Shown here piece by piece: positions 20,400 through 30,464 of a DNA stretch of 63,847 bases. The first letter of the stretch is position 1, and each line of letters starts with the position of its first letter. Made by a program: the position numbers and the translations under genes. Under the pieces are notes generated by a model. The model searched no databases, was not told where the DNA came from, and saw nothing but the letters and a program-made list of their open reading frames with translations. This DNA is from Candidatus Methanophagales archaeon. Its GTDB lineage: Archaea > Halobacteriota > Syntropharchaeia > Alkanophagales > Methanospirareceae. Location of the stretch: the NCBI GenBank assembly GCA_003336485.1, contig QENH01000199.1, positions 1-63,847 on the forward strand, written 5' to 3'.

Positions 20400-21686
20400 A
20401 TGAGACAGTACATAGCTAAATTAGCGCAGGAAGGAAAGGTAATAGAAATAGGGGCGGCAGTGTCATCAAAATACGAGGTGGCAGCTATATGTGCAGAGCA
20501 TGAACGAAAAGGTCACCCGGTTCTTTTCCACGCTGTTGACGGCTCGTATAAGGTCATAATGAACCTAGTTGGCGGGCGAAAAACACTGGTTGAGTTGCTT
20601 GGTACAAGAACTGCAAATACCGCGCAATTCATGGCTAAAATATCGGAAGGTGGCGATGGCGGCATGGTGAACATAGTGACGGATTCACCGACGAAAGAAG
20701 TGGTTACAGAGCCTGATTTGGGTAAGTTACCGATATTAACATATTTCAATAGAGATGGTGGCGCGTATATCACGGCAGGTGTAGTTGTTGCGGAACTAGA
20801 TGGCGTGAGAAATGCATCGTTTCACCGGATGATGGTATTAGACGATAAACGATTAGCCGCGAGGCTTGTCCCTTCCCGGCACTTGTATATGATGCATCGA
20901 GAAGCAATAGAAAGAGGCGAGGAGTTGAAAGTAGGAATAGCAATCGGAGTTGATCCTCTTATCCTTTTGGCTGCAGCGACGAGAGTGCCTCCGGGCAAGG
21001 AATTTGAATATGCATCTGCAATAAAGAGCGAACCGATAGAGCTTTTCAAATTAGATAACGGCGTGGCAATACCGCATGCTGAATTCGCATTTGAAGGTGT
21101 CATAGGAGACGAACGTGCAAAAGAAGGTCCGTTCTTGGATATTACTGGCACCTATGACACTGTGCGGCAGGAGCCGGTTATCACGCTTACACGGATGTAT
21201 CACCGAAAAGATCCGATCTATCATGCTATCTTGCCTTCAGGTGCGGAGCACAAGCTGCTTATGGGCGTGCCGTACGAACCTTTGATCTTTAGAGCGGTAG
21301 AGCGTATGGCGCGAGTGAAGAATGTCTTCTTGACCGATGGCGGATGCTGCTATTTGCATGCAGTAGTACAGATAAAGAAGGAAAAAGAGGGCGAGGCGAA
21401 AAATGCAGTTATCGCTGCTTTTGCCGCACATCCTAGCCTAAAACGTGTTGTCGTTGTGGATGACGATATAGATATTTTTAACCCTGATGAGGTGGAGTAT
21501 GCAATAGCGACTCGGGTTCGATGGGATGAAGATCTGGTGTTGATACCAAAAGCAAAAGGTTCTTCTCTTGACCCTTCTACTTTGAATGGGCTGACAACGA
21601 AGCTCGGAATAGATGCGACTAAGGTACTGGGAGAAGAGAAGAAGTATGAGCGGGTTGTAACAGTTCAATCTGCTGTGGACACATAA
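20400..21686 (+). CDS. UbiD-family (prenyl-FMN) decarboxylase; likely anhydromevalonate-phosphate decarboxylase type
   Basis: 428 aa. ...YITAGVVVAELDGVRNASFHRMMVL...GVDPLILLAAA...EGPFLDITGTYD... is typical of short archaeal UbiD homologues. Confidence 0.7.
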   Translation: MRQYIAKLAQEGKVIEIGAAVSSKYEVAAICAEHERKGHPVLFHAVDGSYKVIMNLVGGRKTLVELLGTRTANTAQFMAKISEGGDGGMVNIVTDSPTKEVVTEPDLGKLPILTYFNRDGGAYITAGVVVAELDGVRNASFHRMMVLDDKRLAARLVPSRHLYMMHREAIERGEELKVGIAIGVDPLILLAAATRVPPGKEFEYASAIKSEPIELFKLDNGVAIPHAEFAFEGVIGDERAKEGPFLDITGTYDTVRQEPVITLTRMYHRKDPIYHAILPSGAEHKLLMGVPYEPLIFRAVERMARVKNVFLTDGGCCYLHAVVQIKKEKEGEAKNAVIAAFAAHPSLKRVVVVDDDIDIFNPDEVEYAIATRVRWDEDLVLIPKAKGSSLDPSTLNGLTTKLGIDATKVLGEEKKYERVVTVQSAVDT

Positions 21687-21758
21687 CAGACGATTTCGCA
21701 TGCAAAACGGTTTTTTAATGATCACACTTGCTAAGAAAATAGATAGGCGGGAATAATA

Positions 21759-23237
21759 ATGATACGACACATCACATCAGAGGCGATGGCCGCTCTGGAT
21801 GAGAACTGCAAATTCTATGGGCTGATACCGTTACAGCTAATGGAAAACGCAGGCGCTAACGTTGCAAACGAGATAAAGAAGCGGTTTACAAGCGAAGGAA
21901 CGAGCGTAACGATAGTGGCAGGTAAGGGCAATAACGGCGGCGATGCCTTCGTGGCAGCACGGCATTTGGACGGTTTTGATGTGAAAATCGTATTGCTTGG
22001 TCGTTCAAAAGATCTGAGAACAGAAGAGACGAGTAGAAACATGCGCATTTTAAAACAAAACGGCTATGACACTACAGAGATAACCGACTCTTCGGAACTC
22101 AAAACGCTATACCCGTCAGAGGTGATAATAGATGCGATCTTCGGTACAGGAATAAGCGGTAAAATACGAGAGCCGGAAGCAACTGCAATTGATTTGATAA
22201 ATGATGCAAACGCATTTGTTGTCGCCGTGGACGTACCTTCTGGGTTAGATCCCGATACAGGCGAATCGGAAAAGGCTGTTCGAGCTGATCTCACTGTCAC
22301 GTTCCACAGTGCGAAAAGGGGTTTATTAAATGCTAAGGAATGCGTTGGTGAATTGGTGGTTGCAGGCATAGGCATTCCAGACGGGATGGAGCAATTAGCA
22401 GGTCCTGGCGATGTGCGGATAGTAGCGAAGAGAAAAGCAAGCAGCCATAAAGGTGATAACGGCAGGGTGTTGATAGTAGGCGGCGGTCCTTTTTTTGGCG
22501 CACCCACTTTAGCGGCTCTTGCTGCACTCCATGCGGGCGCCGATTGGGTGACAATAGCAGCACCTAAAAGCGTATCTTCCATTATCGCGTCCATATCGCC
22601 TAATTTAATCGTCCAACCGCTTTCTTCTGAGATATTGGTGGAGAAGGACGTGCCTGTGGTATCAAACTTGATAAAGCGGCATGATGTGGTGGTGATAGGG
22701 ATGGGCTTGGGCGCAGAAGCAGCGACAAAAACGGCGGCAGGAATGATAATTGAGGATGCAAAGAACGTGGTAGTGGATGCGGATGGCTTCTACGGGTTGC
22801 AGTTGCCGCTGAAAGATAAGCACGTTATCATAACACCTCATGCAGGCGAATTATCGAAGATTGGTGGTATGGTCGATCACGCAGAAGTGCCTCTGGAAGC
22901 CAATAGCGAAGAACGGATAGAGTTTGTAAAGGCGTTCTCAAAGCGGAACAAGGTTGTCACTTTGATGAAGGGTCCTACGGACATTATATCGGACGGTGTT
23001 AGGGTAAAGCTAACCCGAAAAGGAAATGCGGGGATGACCGTTGGCGGTACAGGCGATGTGCTGGCGGGTATAACAGGCGCTTTCTTCGCTATCGTTTCTG
23101 ACCCGTTCAAAGCGGCAACTGCTGCTGCATTTGTTAATGGCACTGCAGGCGACCTAGCATTTGCAGATAAAGGGTATGGATTGCTTGCTACTGATGTGGT
23201 GGAAAATATCACGCGAGTACTGAAAGATTTTGAGTGA
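21759..23237 (+). CDS. nnr: bifunctional NAD(P)H-hydrate repair enzyme (epimerase / ADP-dependent dehydratase)
   Basis: YjeF-N motif GKGNNGGDAFVAARHL plus C-terminal kinase-like HKGDNGRVLIVGG...GTGDVLAG. Confidence 0.9.
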   Translation: MIRHITSEAMAALDENCKFYGLIPLQLMENAGANVANEIKKRFTSEGTSVTIVAGKGNNGGDAFVAARHLDGFDVKIVLLGRSKDLRTEETSRNMRILKQNGYDTTEITDSSELKTLYPSEVIIDAIFGTGISGKIREPEATAIDLINDANAFVVAVDVPSGLDPDTGESEKAVRADLTVTFHSAKRGLLNAKECVGELVVAGIGIPDGMEQLAGPGDVRIVAKRKASSHKGDNGRVLIVGGGPFFGAPTLAALAALHAGADWVTIAAPKSVSSIIASISPNLIVQPLSSEILVEKDVPVVSNLIKRHDVVVIGMGLGAEAATKTAAGMIIEDAKNVVVDADGFYGLQLPLKDKHVIITPHAGELSKIGGMVDHAEVPLEANSEERIEFVKAFSKRNKVVTLMKGPTDIISDGVRVKLTRKGNAGMTVGGTGDVLAGITGAFFAIVSDPFKAATAAAFVNGTAGDLAFADKGYGLLATDVVENITRVLKDFE

Positions 23238-23266
23238 AAATCTGTGTAATCTCGTGGGCTGCTAAA

Positions 23267-24082
23267 CTAAACTAAAGCCATCCTTTTATTCTCTTCCCGA
23301 TAATCATCTAATGTCCGTCTTTTTAACGTACCATCAGGGAATACAGTTATCCAGCTCCGTTTTACCGCTATCTTCCGTTCTCGCACACAACTCTTACCGA
23401 TCACCGAATTTTTCATATATTTAGCAACAATCGAATATGCACACTCCATCTCCTCGGGATCAGGATTCCGTGAGATCTTCTCGTAACTCAATTCCGCCCG
23501 GAATCTATTTATTCGGTAATCTATCTCATCATTTGTGTCTATTTCCGCTAAAAACTTCGCTATCTGCTCTATTTCGTGGTCATCCACAATTCCCGGTATG
23601 TACACGGTATTCACTACGAGCTTTACCTTTCCATACGCATTCCTTATGTTCTCCAATACACGTTTATTTGAATATCCCGTGTACCATTCATGTAGTTTTT
23701 CACTCCAAGCCTTCAAATCAAAAGTAACTTCAGTTAAACCCGCCGCTATTAGCTCTTCTAAGTACACATCGTCCAAAAGATACCCGTTAGTGTCAAGCAC
23801 GATCCATCCAACAAATTCCTTTAACTGCGATACCAAATCTATGAGGTAATGCCGGTTTAGCGTAGGTTCGCCACCCGTTATCACCGCTTCTTCTAGTGCG
23901 CTATAACATCCGCTTGCTGAGTCCTTCACCAGGCTTATTAACTGTTCAACTGTCATCTGCTCGCCTATGGGATTACGAGCGAGACTAAAGCATCCTTTAC
24001 ATTTGAAGTTGCAGCCCGAAAGAGTAATCCAAACACGCGGTTTTAGCTCTGACAGCGTTATAAAAGGCACATATCTGTTCAT
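23267..24082 (-). CDS. radical SAM protein (activase-like)
   Basis: CNFKCKGC (Cx3Cx2C) near the N-terminus, GGEPTL motif. Confidence 0.8.
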   Translation of the reverse strand: MNRYVPFITLSELKPRVWITLSGCNFKCKGCFSLARNPIGEQMTVEQLISLVKDSASGCYSALEEAVITGGEPTLNRHYLIDLVSQLKEFVGWIVLDTNGYLLDDVYLEELIAAGLTEVTFDLKAWSEKLHEWYTGYSNKRVLENIRNAYGKVKLVVNTVYIPGIVDDHEIEQIAKFLAEIDTNDEIDYRINRFRAELSYEKISRNPDPEEMECAYSIVAKYMKNSVIGKSCVRERKIAVKRSWITVFPDGTLKRRTLDDYREENKRMALV

Positions 24083-24396
24083 ATCACATCCCCTCGTTGA
24101 CTTTTATTTCTGTTATGCTTCTTCTTTGTATATAAAGTATAAGTTCTACTTATTTGGGACGCAGATTTACGCAGAATACTATTTCCTCAAAGTATCAAAT
24201 TTATAAACTCGATAGAAGATTCTAATAATCGCCCCTGTCAATTCCTTATATTTGAAATCCTGATTATCTGCGTTCCTCTGCAGAAGTCCGATTATCTAAA
24301 AATATGCTTTCTTGATTTATTACGCTCCTTAACTATTTATCAAAACAAAACTAATATCGGAATACATGACTTAAATATATATGATGCCGGAACCAA

Positions 24397-26313
24397 ATGA
24401 AAGGACCTAATACCACCCTTTTCCCGTTCCCTTCGATAAGGGACGGGCAGCGGGAATTTATGGAAGATGTAAAGGACGCCGTAGAAGGCGGTAAAATCCT
24501 TGTCGCGCATGCACCTACAGGAATAGGGAAAACAGTCGCCACTCTCGTTCCCGCATTAGAATACGCAGTGGAAAACGGAAAAACGATCTTTTTCCTCACT
24601 TCCAAGCGCAGCCAGCATAAAATCGCTATTGACACGCTCAAGCTGATAAAGGCACATGCAAAACGCGAGTTCACCACAGTTGATATTACCTCAAAGCAAT
24701 CAATGTGCCCACGAACGAGACCAATACACCGGGAATTTTATTTCCTATTCAACGAATTTTGCAGGTCCGAACAGAAGAACAAAAGATGCCGCTATTTCAT
24801 TAAACAGGACGAAGAAGCGCTGAAACGGCTAAAAAGCGAGATAATGCATGTGGAGCAGTTATGCGACTGGTGCACCACGAGGGGGGTATGCCCGTATAAG
24901 ATGGCTTTAGAAGCAGCAGGAAGTGCTGATGTGCTCGTCTGTGACTATAACTATCTCTTTTCCGCAGACATCACAGAACGGGTATTAGAGAAACTAGAAA
25001 AGGGGTTAGAAGATCTCATTGTAATCGTTGATGAAGCTCATAACCTGCCAGAACGGATAAGGAGTAATCTCAGCAGTGAATTACGGATGAACACTGTAAC
25101 TAGTATAGCGCGAGATCTTCGCCGAAGAGACCGAGAGATGCAGGGTAATCTCATGGGTTTGGAAAGTATCTTCAAAAAATTAGCTATGGGTGCAAGTAAA
25201 GACAACAAGGACGAAATGAAGGTGGACCGTGATTTTCTGGTGGACGAGATGGAGAAGGTCTTGAGGCGGGGCCGAATAGAAGCGATGAGTTATGACGATT
25301 TTGTAAACTCGCTCAGGGACATTGCCGAAGACCTTGAAACCTCTGGTAGCAGGACTACGGACGACGTGCGCTATAAAAACGAGATGCTGCAGAGGGACAT
25401 ACTCAGCGTTGCCGATTTCCTAGACGGCTGGAGTACAAGCGAGAAATGTCTCCGGATATTTTCGCTCACGCAGAAAGAATATCCACGACTCTACTTCAAA
25501 CTGCTTGACCCGTCGGTAATAAGCGAGCCGATATTCGCGAAAGCACATTCAACCATATTAATGAGCGGCACGTTATGCCCAACCGAGATGTATGCAGATG
25601 TTTTAGGTGCATCTCCGGCTAGGATAAAAGGTAAGGAGATAGTTTTACATGAATATACGTCGCCTTTTCCATCGGAAAACCGTGTGGTTGTCGTTACAAA
25701 GACGCTTACAACGAAATATACAAAAAGGGGCGAAGAGATGTATAGGCATATGGCGGTAAAGATAGGCGAAGTGGCCAAATATGTAAAAGGTGGCATGGCC
25801 GTCTTCTTCCCTTCATACGCACTTCTCAAAAGCGTTGCTACCTATTTGCCAGACGCAGTAAGGGGTAGGGTAATGATAGAGCGGAGAGAGATGGGAAAGG
25901 AAGAGAAAAATAGATTATATGAAACGCTAAGGGATGATACGGCCGGCATATTGCTTGCCGTGCAGGGCGGCTCGTTTTCCGAAGGTATGGATTACGAATC
26001 AAATACGCTAAAGGCGATTATCGTAGTTGGATTGCCGTTAAGCCCGCCAACGCTGGAGGTAAAGATGATAGAGGGCTATTATGTGCGTAAATACGGGGCT
26101 GAAACCGGTAGGAACTACGGCTATCTCTACCCTGCGATTACAAAGGTGCTGCAAGCGGCGGGAAGAGGCATAAGAAGTGAGCAAGATCGTTGCATCATCG
26201 TTCTTATGGATTACCGATTTGCACAATATCCATATAAAAAATGCCTACCCTCTGATTTCGATGTGACCTATACCGATAGATCAGAAGAGTATTGCAAAAC
26301 TTTCTTCCGTTGA
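24397..26313 (+). CDS. xpd: ATP-dependent DNA helicase XPD/Rad3 (FeS helicase)
   Basis: AHAPTGIGKT, four Cys of the FeS domain (MCPRT...CRSEQKNKRCRYF...GVCPY), DEAHNL, C-terminal QAAGRGIR. Confidence 0.9.
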   Translation: MKGPNTTLFPFPSIRDGQREFMEDVKDAVEGGKILVAHAPTGIGKTVATLVPALEYAVENGKTIFFLTSKRSQHKIAIDTLKLIKAHAKREFTTVDITSKQSMCPRTRPIHREFYFLFNEFCRSEQKNKRCRYFIKQDEEALKRLKSEIMHVEQLCDWCTTRGVCPYKMALEAAGSADVLVCDYNYLFSADITERVLEKLEKGLEDLIVIVDEAHNLPERIRSNLSSELRMNTVTSIARDLRRRDREMQGNLMGLESIFKKLAMGASKDNKDEMKVDRDFLVDEMEKVLRRGRIEAMSYDDFVNSLRDIAEDLETSGSRTTDDVRYKNEMLQRDILSVADFLDGWSTSEKCLRIFSLTQKEYPRLYFKLLDPSVISEPIFAKAHSTILMSGTLCPTEMYADVLGASPARIKGKEIVLHEYTSPFPSENRVVVVTKTLTTKYTKRGEEMYRHMAVKIGEVAKYVKGGMAVFFPSYALLKSVATYLPDAVRGRVMIERREMGKEEKNRLYETLRDDTAGILLAVQGGSFSEGMDYESNTLKAIIVVGLPLSPPTLEVKMIEGYYVRKYGAETGRNYGYLYPAITKVLQAAGRGIRSEQDRCIIVLMDYRFAQYPYKKCLPSDFDVTYTDRSEEYCKTFFR

Positions 26314-26323
26314 GATGCCACAA

Positions 26324-26680
26324 CTACTCATCGAGACCTTCGAGTTCGTCACCAAATTCCTCTTCTACTTCACTCGCCAGGTCATCGCTGGACGTAGCAT
26401 CTAAAGCAGCACCCAATAGCTCTTTTATTGATTTAAACATAGCCAATGACTTTTCCTTCTCATAAGGGAAATTGAAACGCTTTCGTCCAAAGTTACTATC
26501 TACTATCTTATCGCCTTCCATCTTTCGCACCCAATGCTGCTCTATGGAGATAAACTTACCATATTGCCCTTCTTTTACAAAACCCCGCCATACTAACCTT
26601 GGAGTTCCATCTTCATTTTCCAGAATTACTCTATATCCAACATCTTTTAATGTTACTATATTTGGTTTTGTTTCGCTCAT
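26324..26680 (-). CDS. hypothetical protein with acidic C-terminal tail (possibly PC4-like ssDNA-binding fold)
   Basis: 118 aa. GKFISIEQHWVRKMEGDKIVDSNFGRKRFNFP is followed by DDLASEVEEEFGDELEGLDE. The fold assignment is speculative. Confidence 0.4.
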   Translation of the reverse strand: MSETKPNIVTLKDVGYRVILENEDGTPRLVWRGFVKEGQYGKFISIEQHWVRKMEGDKIVDSNFGRKRFNFPYEKEKSLAMFKSIKELLGAALDATSSDDLASEVEEEFGDELEGLDE

Positions 26681-26825
26681 GATTCTTCTTTCACCTATAC
26701 CCTAACAATTTATATACTCTTTATTTTTGTTTATTTAAAGTATAATGAATTTTCTTTGGTGATGTTTTCTTTAGTTTAGTTTAGGTACACTATTTATATT
26801 AGAATGCCTATATATTGTGTGAGCG

Positions 26826-27884
26826 ATGAAAAAGGAAGCGATAGGAACAAAGGGTATTTTCGTCATTCTCGTTTTAGCATTGACGTTTACAATTACTGTT
26901 TTCATAGCTATCGGCAGTGCTGAGGTAACCGAGTTGAAAGTAAACCCTGAAATAGTTATACAGGGCGATAATGTGTCGCTATCCGGTATGGCAGCGCCAA
27001 ATGAGACAGTATGGATAAAATCGTCATTTGATATTTCTTTACCTGTTTCAGACGGTAAATATTCTGCGGAATTCGTTGATATTCTATTCCCTAAGGGCGA
27101 TAAGGAGTTCTCAGTGACCGGGGAGAATATAGAAGATATTCGTGTAGCTTTAGGCCCTTTATTCTTCCTTTCTGAGGTTGAATACCCTCTTGACGGACCT
27201 CTAGAAGCAACAAACGGCATCGCAACTATCGCCATTTCAGTTCCGTTTACTATGATGGGTATGACGGTAAATATTGGAGGCGAAAAAGGTGTCAATGTAT
27301 ATGGAACTGCAGCAGAAGATGCCGGATTTGTGAACCTTAGCGTTGATATGTCTATCAAAGTCATAGCAGATTCTAATGGTGATTTAAAACTGGATGTAAA
27401 TACCGGCGGAGTACCTCTCGGCGAATTCGTAATCTCAGCAGGAGCAATAAATAAGACGGTCAAGGTAGTTTCTACAAAACCCGTATTCGATACAGGCTTG
27501 TCCGAATATCAATATCCCTGTATGTGTGGAATACATAACGGAACATTAACGCCAAATCAGACACTTACTATATCAAAACTATATACCTATTTCTGCCCTG
27601 GTACATGCGGGCACACGGAACGAGTAACAATCCAAAACGATAAGGGCGTTATTGTGGAAGCAAATTGGACGGGTTATCGTGGCGATTGGCGTAATATTAC
27701 CTTTGATGCGGTTACGCTCGTAGCAGGCGAGACTTACAACTACAGCATTTGCACCGGCTCTTACCCTCTAATCATTCATGAACGTACGGCAAATGTGACT
27801 GGGGGGACAATCACATGTTCAGAATTCACAGATGCAAATGGAAAGGTCTATTTTGATTGGATTCCGGCTATTATATTATATTAA
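26826..27884 (+). CDS. secreted/surface protein, paralogue A
   Basis: Signal anchor. The first ~210 aa align with 27938..28924 (VTELKVNPEIVIQGDNVSLSGMAAPNE / VTELNVNPSDVVPGDTLSISGKARPNE). It has a distinct Cys-containing C-terminal domain. Confidence 0.7.
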   Translation: MKKEAIGTKGIFVILVLALTFTITVFIAIGSAEVTELKVNPEIVIQGDNVSLSGMAAPNETVWIKSSFDISLPVSDGKYSAEFVDILFPKGDKEFSVTGENIEDIRVALGPLFFLSEVEYPLDGPLEATNGIATIAISVPFTMMGMTVNIGGEKGVNVYGTAAEDAGFVNLSVDMSIKVIADSNGDLKLDVNTGGVPLGEFVISAGAINKTVKVVSTKPVFDTGLSEYQYPCMCGIHNGTLTPNQTLTISKLYTYFCPGTCGHTERVTIQNDKGVIVEANWTGYRGDWRNITFDAVTLVAGETYNYSICTGSYPLIIHERTANVTGGTITCSEFTDANGKVYFDWIPAIILY

Positions 27885-27937
27885 AATAATTTATACTTTG
27901 CTGACAAATGGAATATACGTGATAGTGCGAGAGGAAC

Positions 27938-28924
27938 ATGAAACTTATTATTGTGGTGCCGTGCATAGGTCTATTTTTGCTCTTTGCGTTCATAGTATCA
28001 GTAACAAATGCAGGTGCAAGCGTAACGGAACTGAATGTAAACCCCTCTGATGTTGTACCGGGTGACACATTATCAATATCCGGGAAGGCAAGACCAAACG
28101 AGGAGATATCACTGAAATCGTCATTTGTGATTTCTTTACCGGTTTCAGGAGGTAAGTATTCAAAAGAGTTCAAAGGCATTCACTTCCCGGCTGGGAAGAA
28201 GACATTCTCGGTAAGAGCAGAGAACATAAAAGATATTCGCGTTTCGTTAGGTCCGCTACTATTTATGACATTTAAATACCCCTTAAGCGGGCCCCAAAAA
28301 GCAACGAATGGTGTTGCCACACTTTCTATTTCTCTGCCCTTTTCCGGGGTTGATGTCAGAGGCGAAAAAAACGTTGAGGTATATGGCGCAGCATTAGATA
28401 ACGCAACTTCTGTAATTCTGACAACAGACATGGCGATCAAATTAACAGCAGACAAAAATGGTGATTTTAAACTTGACCTAGATACCAAAGGAGTCCCGCT
28501 CGGTGAATTCTCGATTGTCGCAGGTGGAAAAGAAGAGACGGTTCAAATTGTTCGTACTAAACCAGAACCAACACCCATGCCAAAATCGTCATATGATCGT
28601 GACGAAGAACCTGACATCTCGCCTACACCAACTATAACACCAACTATAACTCCTACTGTCGCTCCAACAACACCCATATCAAGTCGAAAGTTGTCGATCG
28701 GTCCAACGTCTTCACCAGATCAAAAGCAAACGGCAACACTTGAGTCCACGCCTGGCAAAAAGCGAACGCCCACATCCGTATCCACACCTGACCAAAGGCA
28801 AACGGCGACACAAAAACCATCGCCAAGTCCTTCGCAACGCCGAATACCGGGCTTTGACGCTTTTTGCGCTATTGCAGGATTAATTACCGTTGCATATTTG
28901 GTGCTAGTATTAAGAAGGAAATGA
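27938..28924 (+). CDS. surface protein, paralogue B, with Pro/Thr linker and PGF-CTERM archaeosortase signal
   Basis: PTPTITPTITPTVAPTTP linker and C-terminal IPGFDAFCAIAGLITVAYLVLVLRRK. Confidence 0.8.
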   Translation: MKLIIVVPCIGLFLLFAFIVSVTNAGASVTELNVNPSDVVPGDTLSISGKARPNEEISLKSSFVISLPVSGGKYSKEFKGIHFPAGKKTFSVRAENIKDIRVSLGPLLFMTFKYPLSGPQKATNGVATLSISLPFSGVDVRGEKNVEVYGAALDNATSVILTTDMAIKLTADKNGDFKLDLDTKGVPLGEFSIVAGGKEETVQIVRTKPEPTPMPKSSYDRDEEPDISPTPTITPTITPTVAPTTPISSRKLSIGPTSSPDQKQTATLESTPGKKRTPTSVSTPDQRQTATQKPSPSPSQRRIPGFDAFCAIAGLITVAYLVLVLRRK

Positions 28925-28955
28925 GATCAAATATTTTGTTTTTGTTCAGACATTT

Positions 28956-30458
28956 TCATTTGAATAGCTCTTCGTCCTGCCCATAATTACGATCCAACCG
29001 CAGTGCAAGCTCGGCTTTTGTTAATTCCATGCTCAGATAAGCGGCATGATCAAGTAAGGAAATTAGGCCCAATCGCAGGATAGTATCCATCACAGCCTTT
29101 GCACTGCTGTCTATTATCCGCTTCCTGGTAGGTATATGTTCGGCATATAGCATTGTTCCATTTTCTACTGTGCAAATACCTATTCTAAAACATCCCTTTG
29201 GATCTAGTTTCCACCCCTCATTCGTCATTGCCGGGATATTTAGCTCATCATGAACTCGCATGATCTGCTTCCTTCTCTTCTCCTTTAGCACCAAAAGGTC
29301 AAGTCCAATATCCTTGGGTGCGCTTTTACGTGCCTTTGCGAGCATCATCATCTCGGATGCGATTCGCAGCTCTCTTACACTGCCTCTCGCCTTGTCACTG
29401 TATTCGGGAGTAAAGAGAATATCTGCATTCAAGTCAGATGCTATACCTGCTAAGGTCGCATTTACACCAGTTGAATCTGCGTCCATAAGCTCTGTTACAT
29501 TTCCAACGCCGAAGAAAAGAGGTGTGCCTTTGTCTTCCTCCCGGAACAGGTAATAGTTATATAATGAATTAGCAATTCCATATCCTATTGCATTCAACAC
29601 GGGGTCTGCAATTAGGTGCTTTATGCCATGTTCCGTAGCCATTTTCATGTTTGCAAATAGACTTTCAGGCGAGGAATCGGGAATTACAACCGCAGCGACA
29701 TCATTCTTCGCTATCGCATCACCCACCTTTGGTATATTCTCGTTAGTCAAGCTAAGGACCATATCAACGCCAGTCTCTATGCCGGTAAGAATGAGCTCCC
29801 CGTCCAGGGTATCAACAGAAATAGGGATGTCGTCCGCGACGGCTAAAGCTGCTTTTACTGCTCGTTTTACCTCGTCTGGTTTGGCACCGATATGAACGCC
29901 AAGATCTATTATGTCCGCGCCGTTTTCTAGGAAATACACCATCTTTCTTTCTATCGTATCAGAACTGAGCTGAGTTGCATCCACAATCTCCGCACATACT
30001 TTCAGTCTCGCACCGCCACCTATTTTCACACCTTTTATCGTAAATTCGGGGTCTATATCACATTCCAAAGCATCCAGGTGCGTCTTCGCATCCTCTCTTC
30101 TCTTTACCGCTATAAGTTCATCAGCTGGTATGTGATGCGATAATTGTATCTTCTCTGCGAATGCTAAAATATCTCCGAGATCATAGGCCTGTCTGGGTCC
30201 CAATCGGATTGGCGTACCAATTTCTTTCTCTAAGCCACTGAAATCGGATTTGCAAAGACCGGAAACTAAAATCAAGTCGGGCTTTTCAGACCGGTAATTT
30301 GTTTCTAACGCTCTTTTCAACGATTTGGGTGTGGAGAAAGCAGCAATGTTTAGGTCTTGTGTAAGAACATCGCAGATCACAGCGGTTACACTTCTTATAG
30401 CTTCCGTAACACTACCCGCTGCTTCCTTCCCTGTTGCTAATAATACGCGCATTAGCAC
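28956..30458 (-). CDS. dihydropteroate-synthase-like pterin-binding protein with C-terminal DUF4346-like domain
   Basis: 500 aa. Central LENGADIIDLG...VDTL pterin-binding barrel segments. The architecture resembles the methanogen DHPS-related (MJ0107-type) family. Confidence 0.6.
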   Translation of the reverse strand: MLMRVLLATGKEAAGSVTEAIRSVTAVICDVLTQDLNIAAFSTPKSLKRALETNYRSEKPDLILVSGLCKSDFSGLEKEIGTPIRLGPRQAYDLGDILAFAEKIQLSHHIPADELIAVKRREDAKTHLDALECDIDPEFTIKGVKIGGGARLKVCAEIVDATQLSSDTIERKMVYFLENGADIIDLGVHIGAKPDEVKRAVKAALAVADDIPISVDTLDGELILTGIETGVDMVLSLTNENIPKVGDAIAKNDVAAVVIPDSSPESLFANMKMATEHGIKHLIADPVLNAIGYGIANSLYNYYLFREEDKGTPLFFGVGNVTELMDADSTGVNATLAGIASDLNADILFTPEYSDKARGSVRELRIASEMMMLAKARKSAPKDIGLDLLVLKEKRRKQIMRVHDELNIPAMTNEGWKLDPKGCFRIGICTVENGTMLYAEHIPTRKRIIDSSAKAVMDTILRLGLISLLDHAAYLSMELTKAELALRLDRNYGQDEELFK

Positions 30459-30464
30459 TTCATA

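Noticed and set aside
26771-28488. Minus-strand ORFs 26771..27463, 27871..28179 and 28180..28488
   Set aside because: They are antisense to the two paralogous surface-protein genes, which have signal peptides, mutual homology and a PGF-CTERM.
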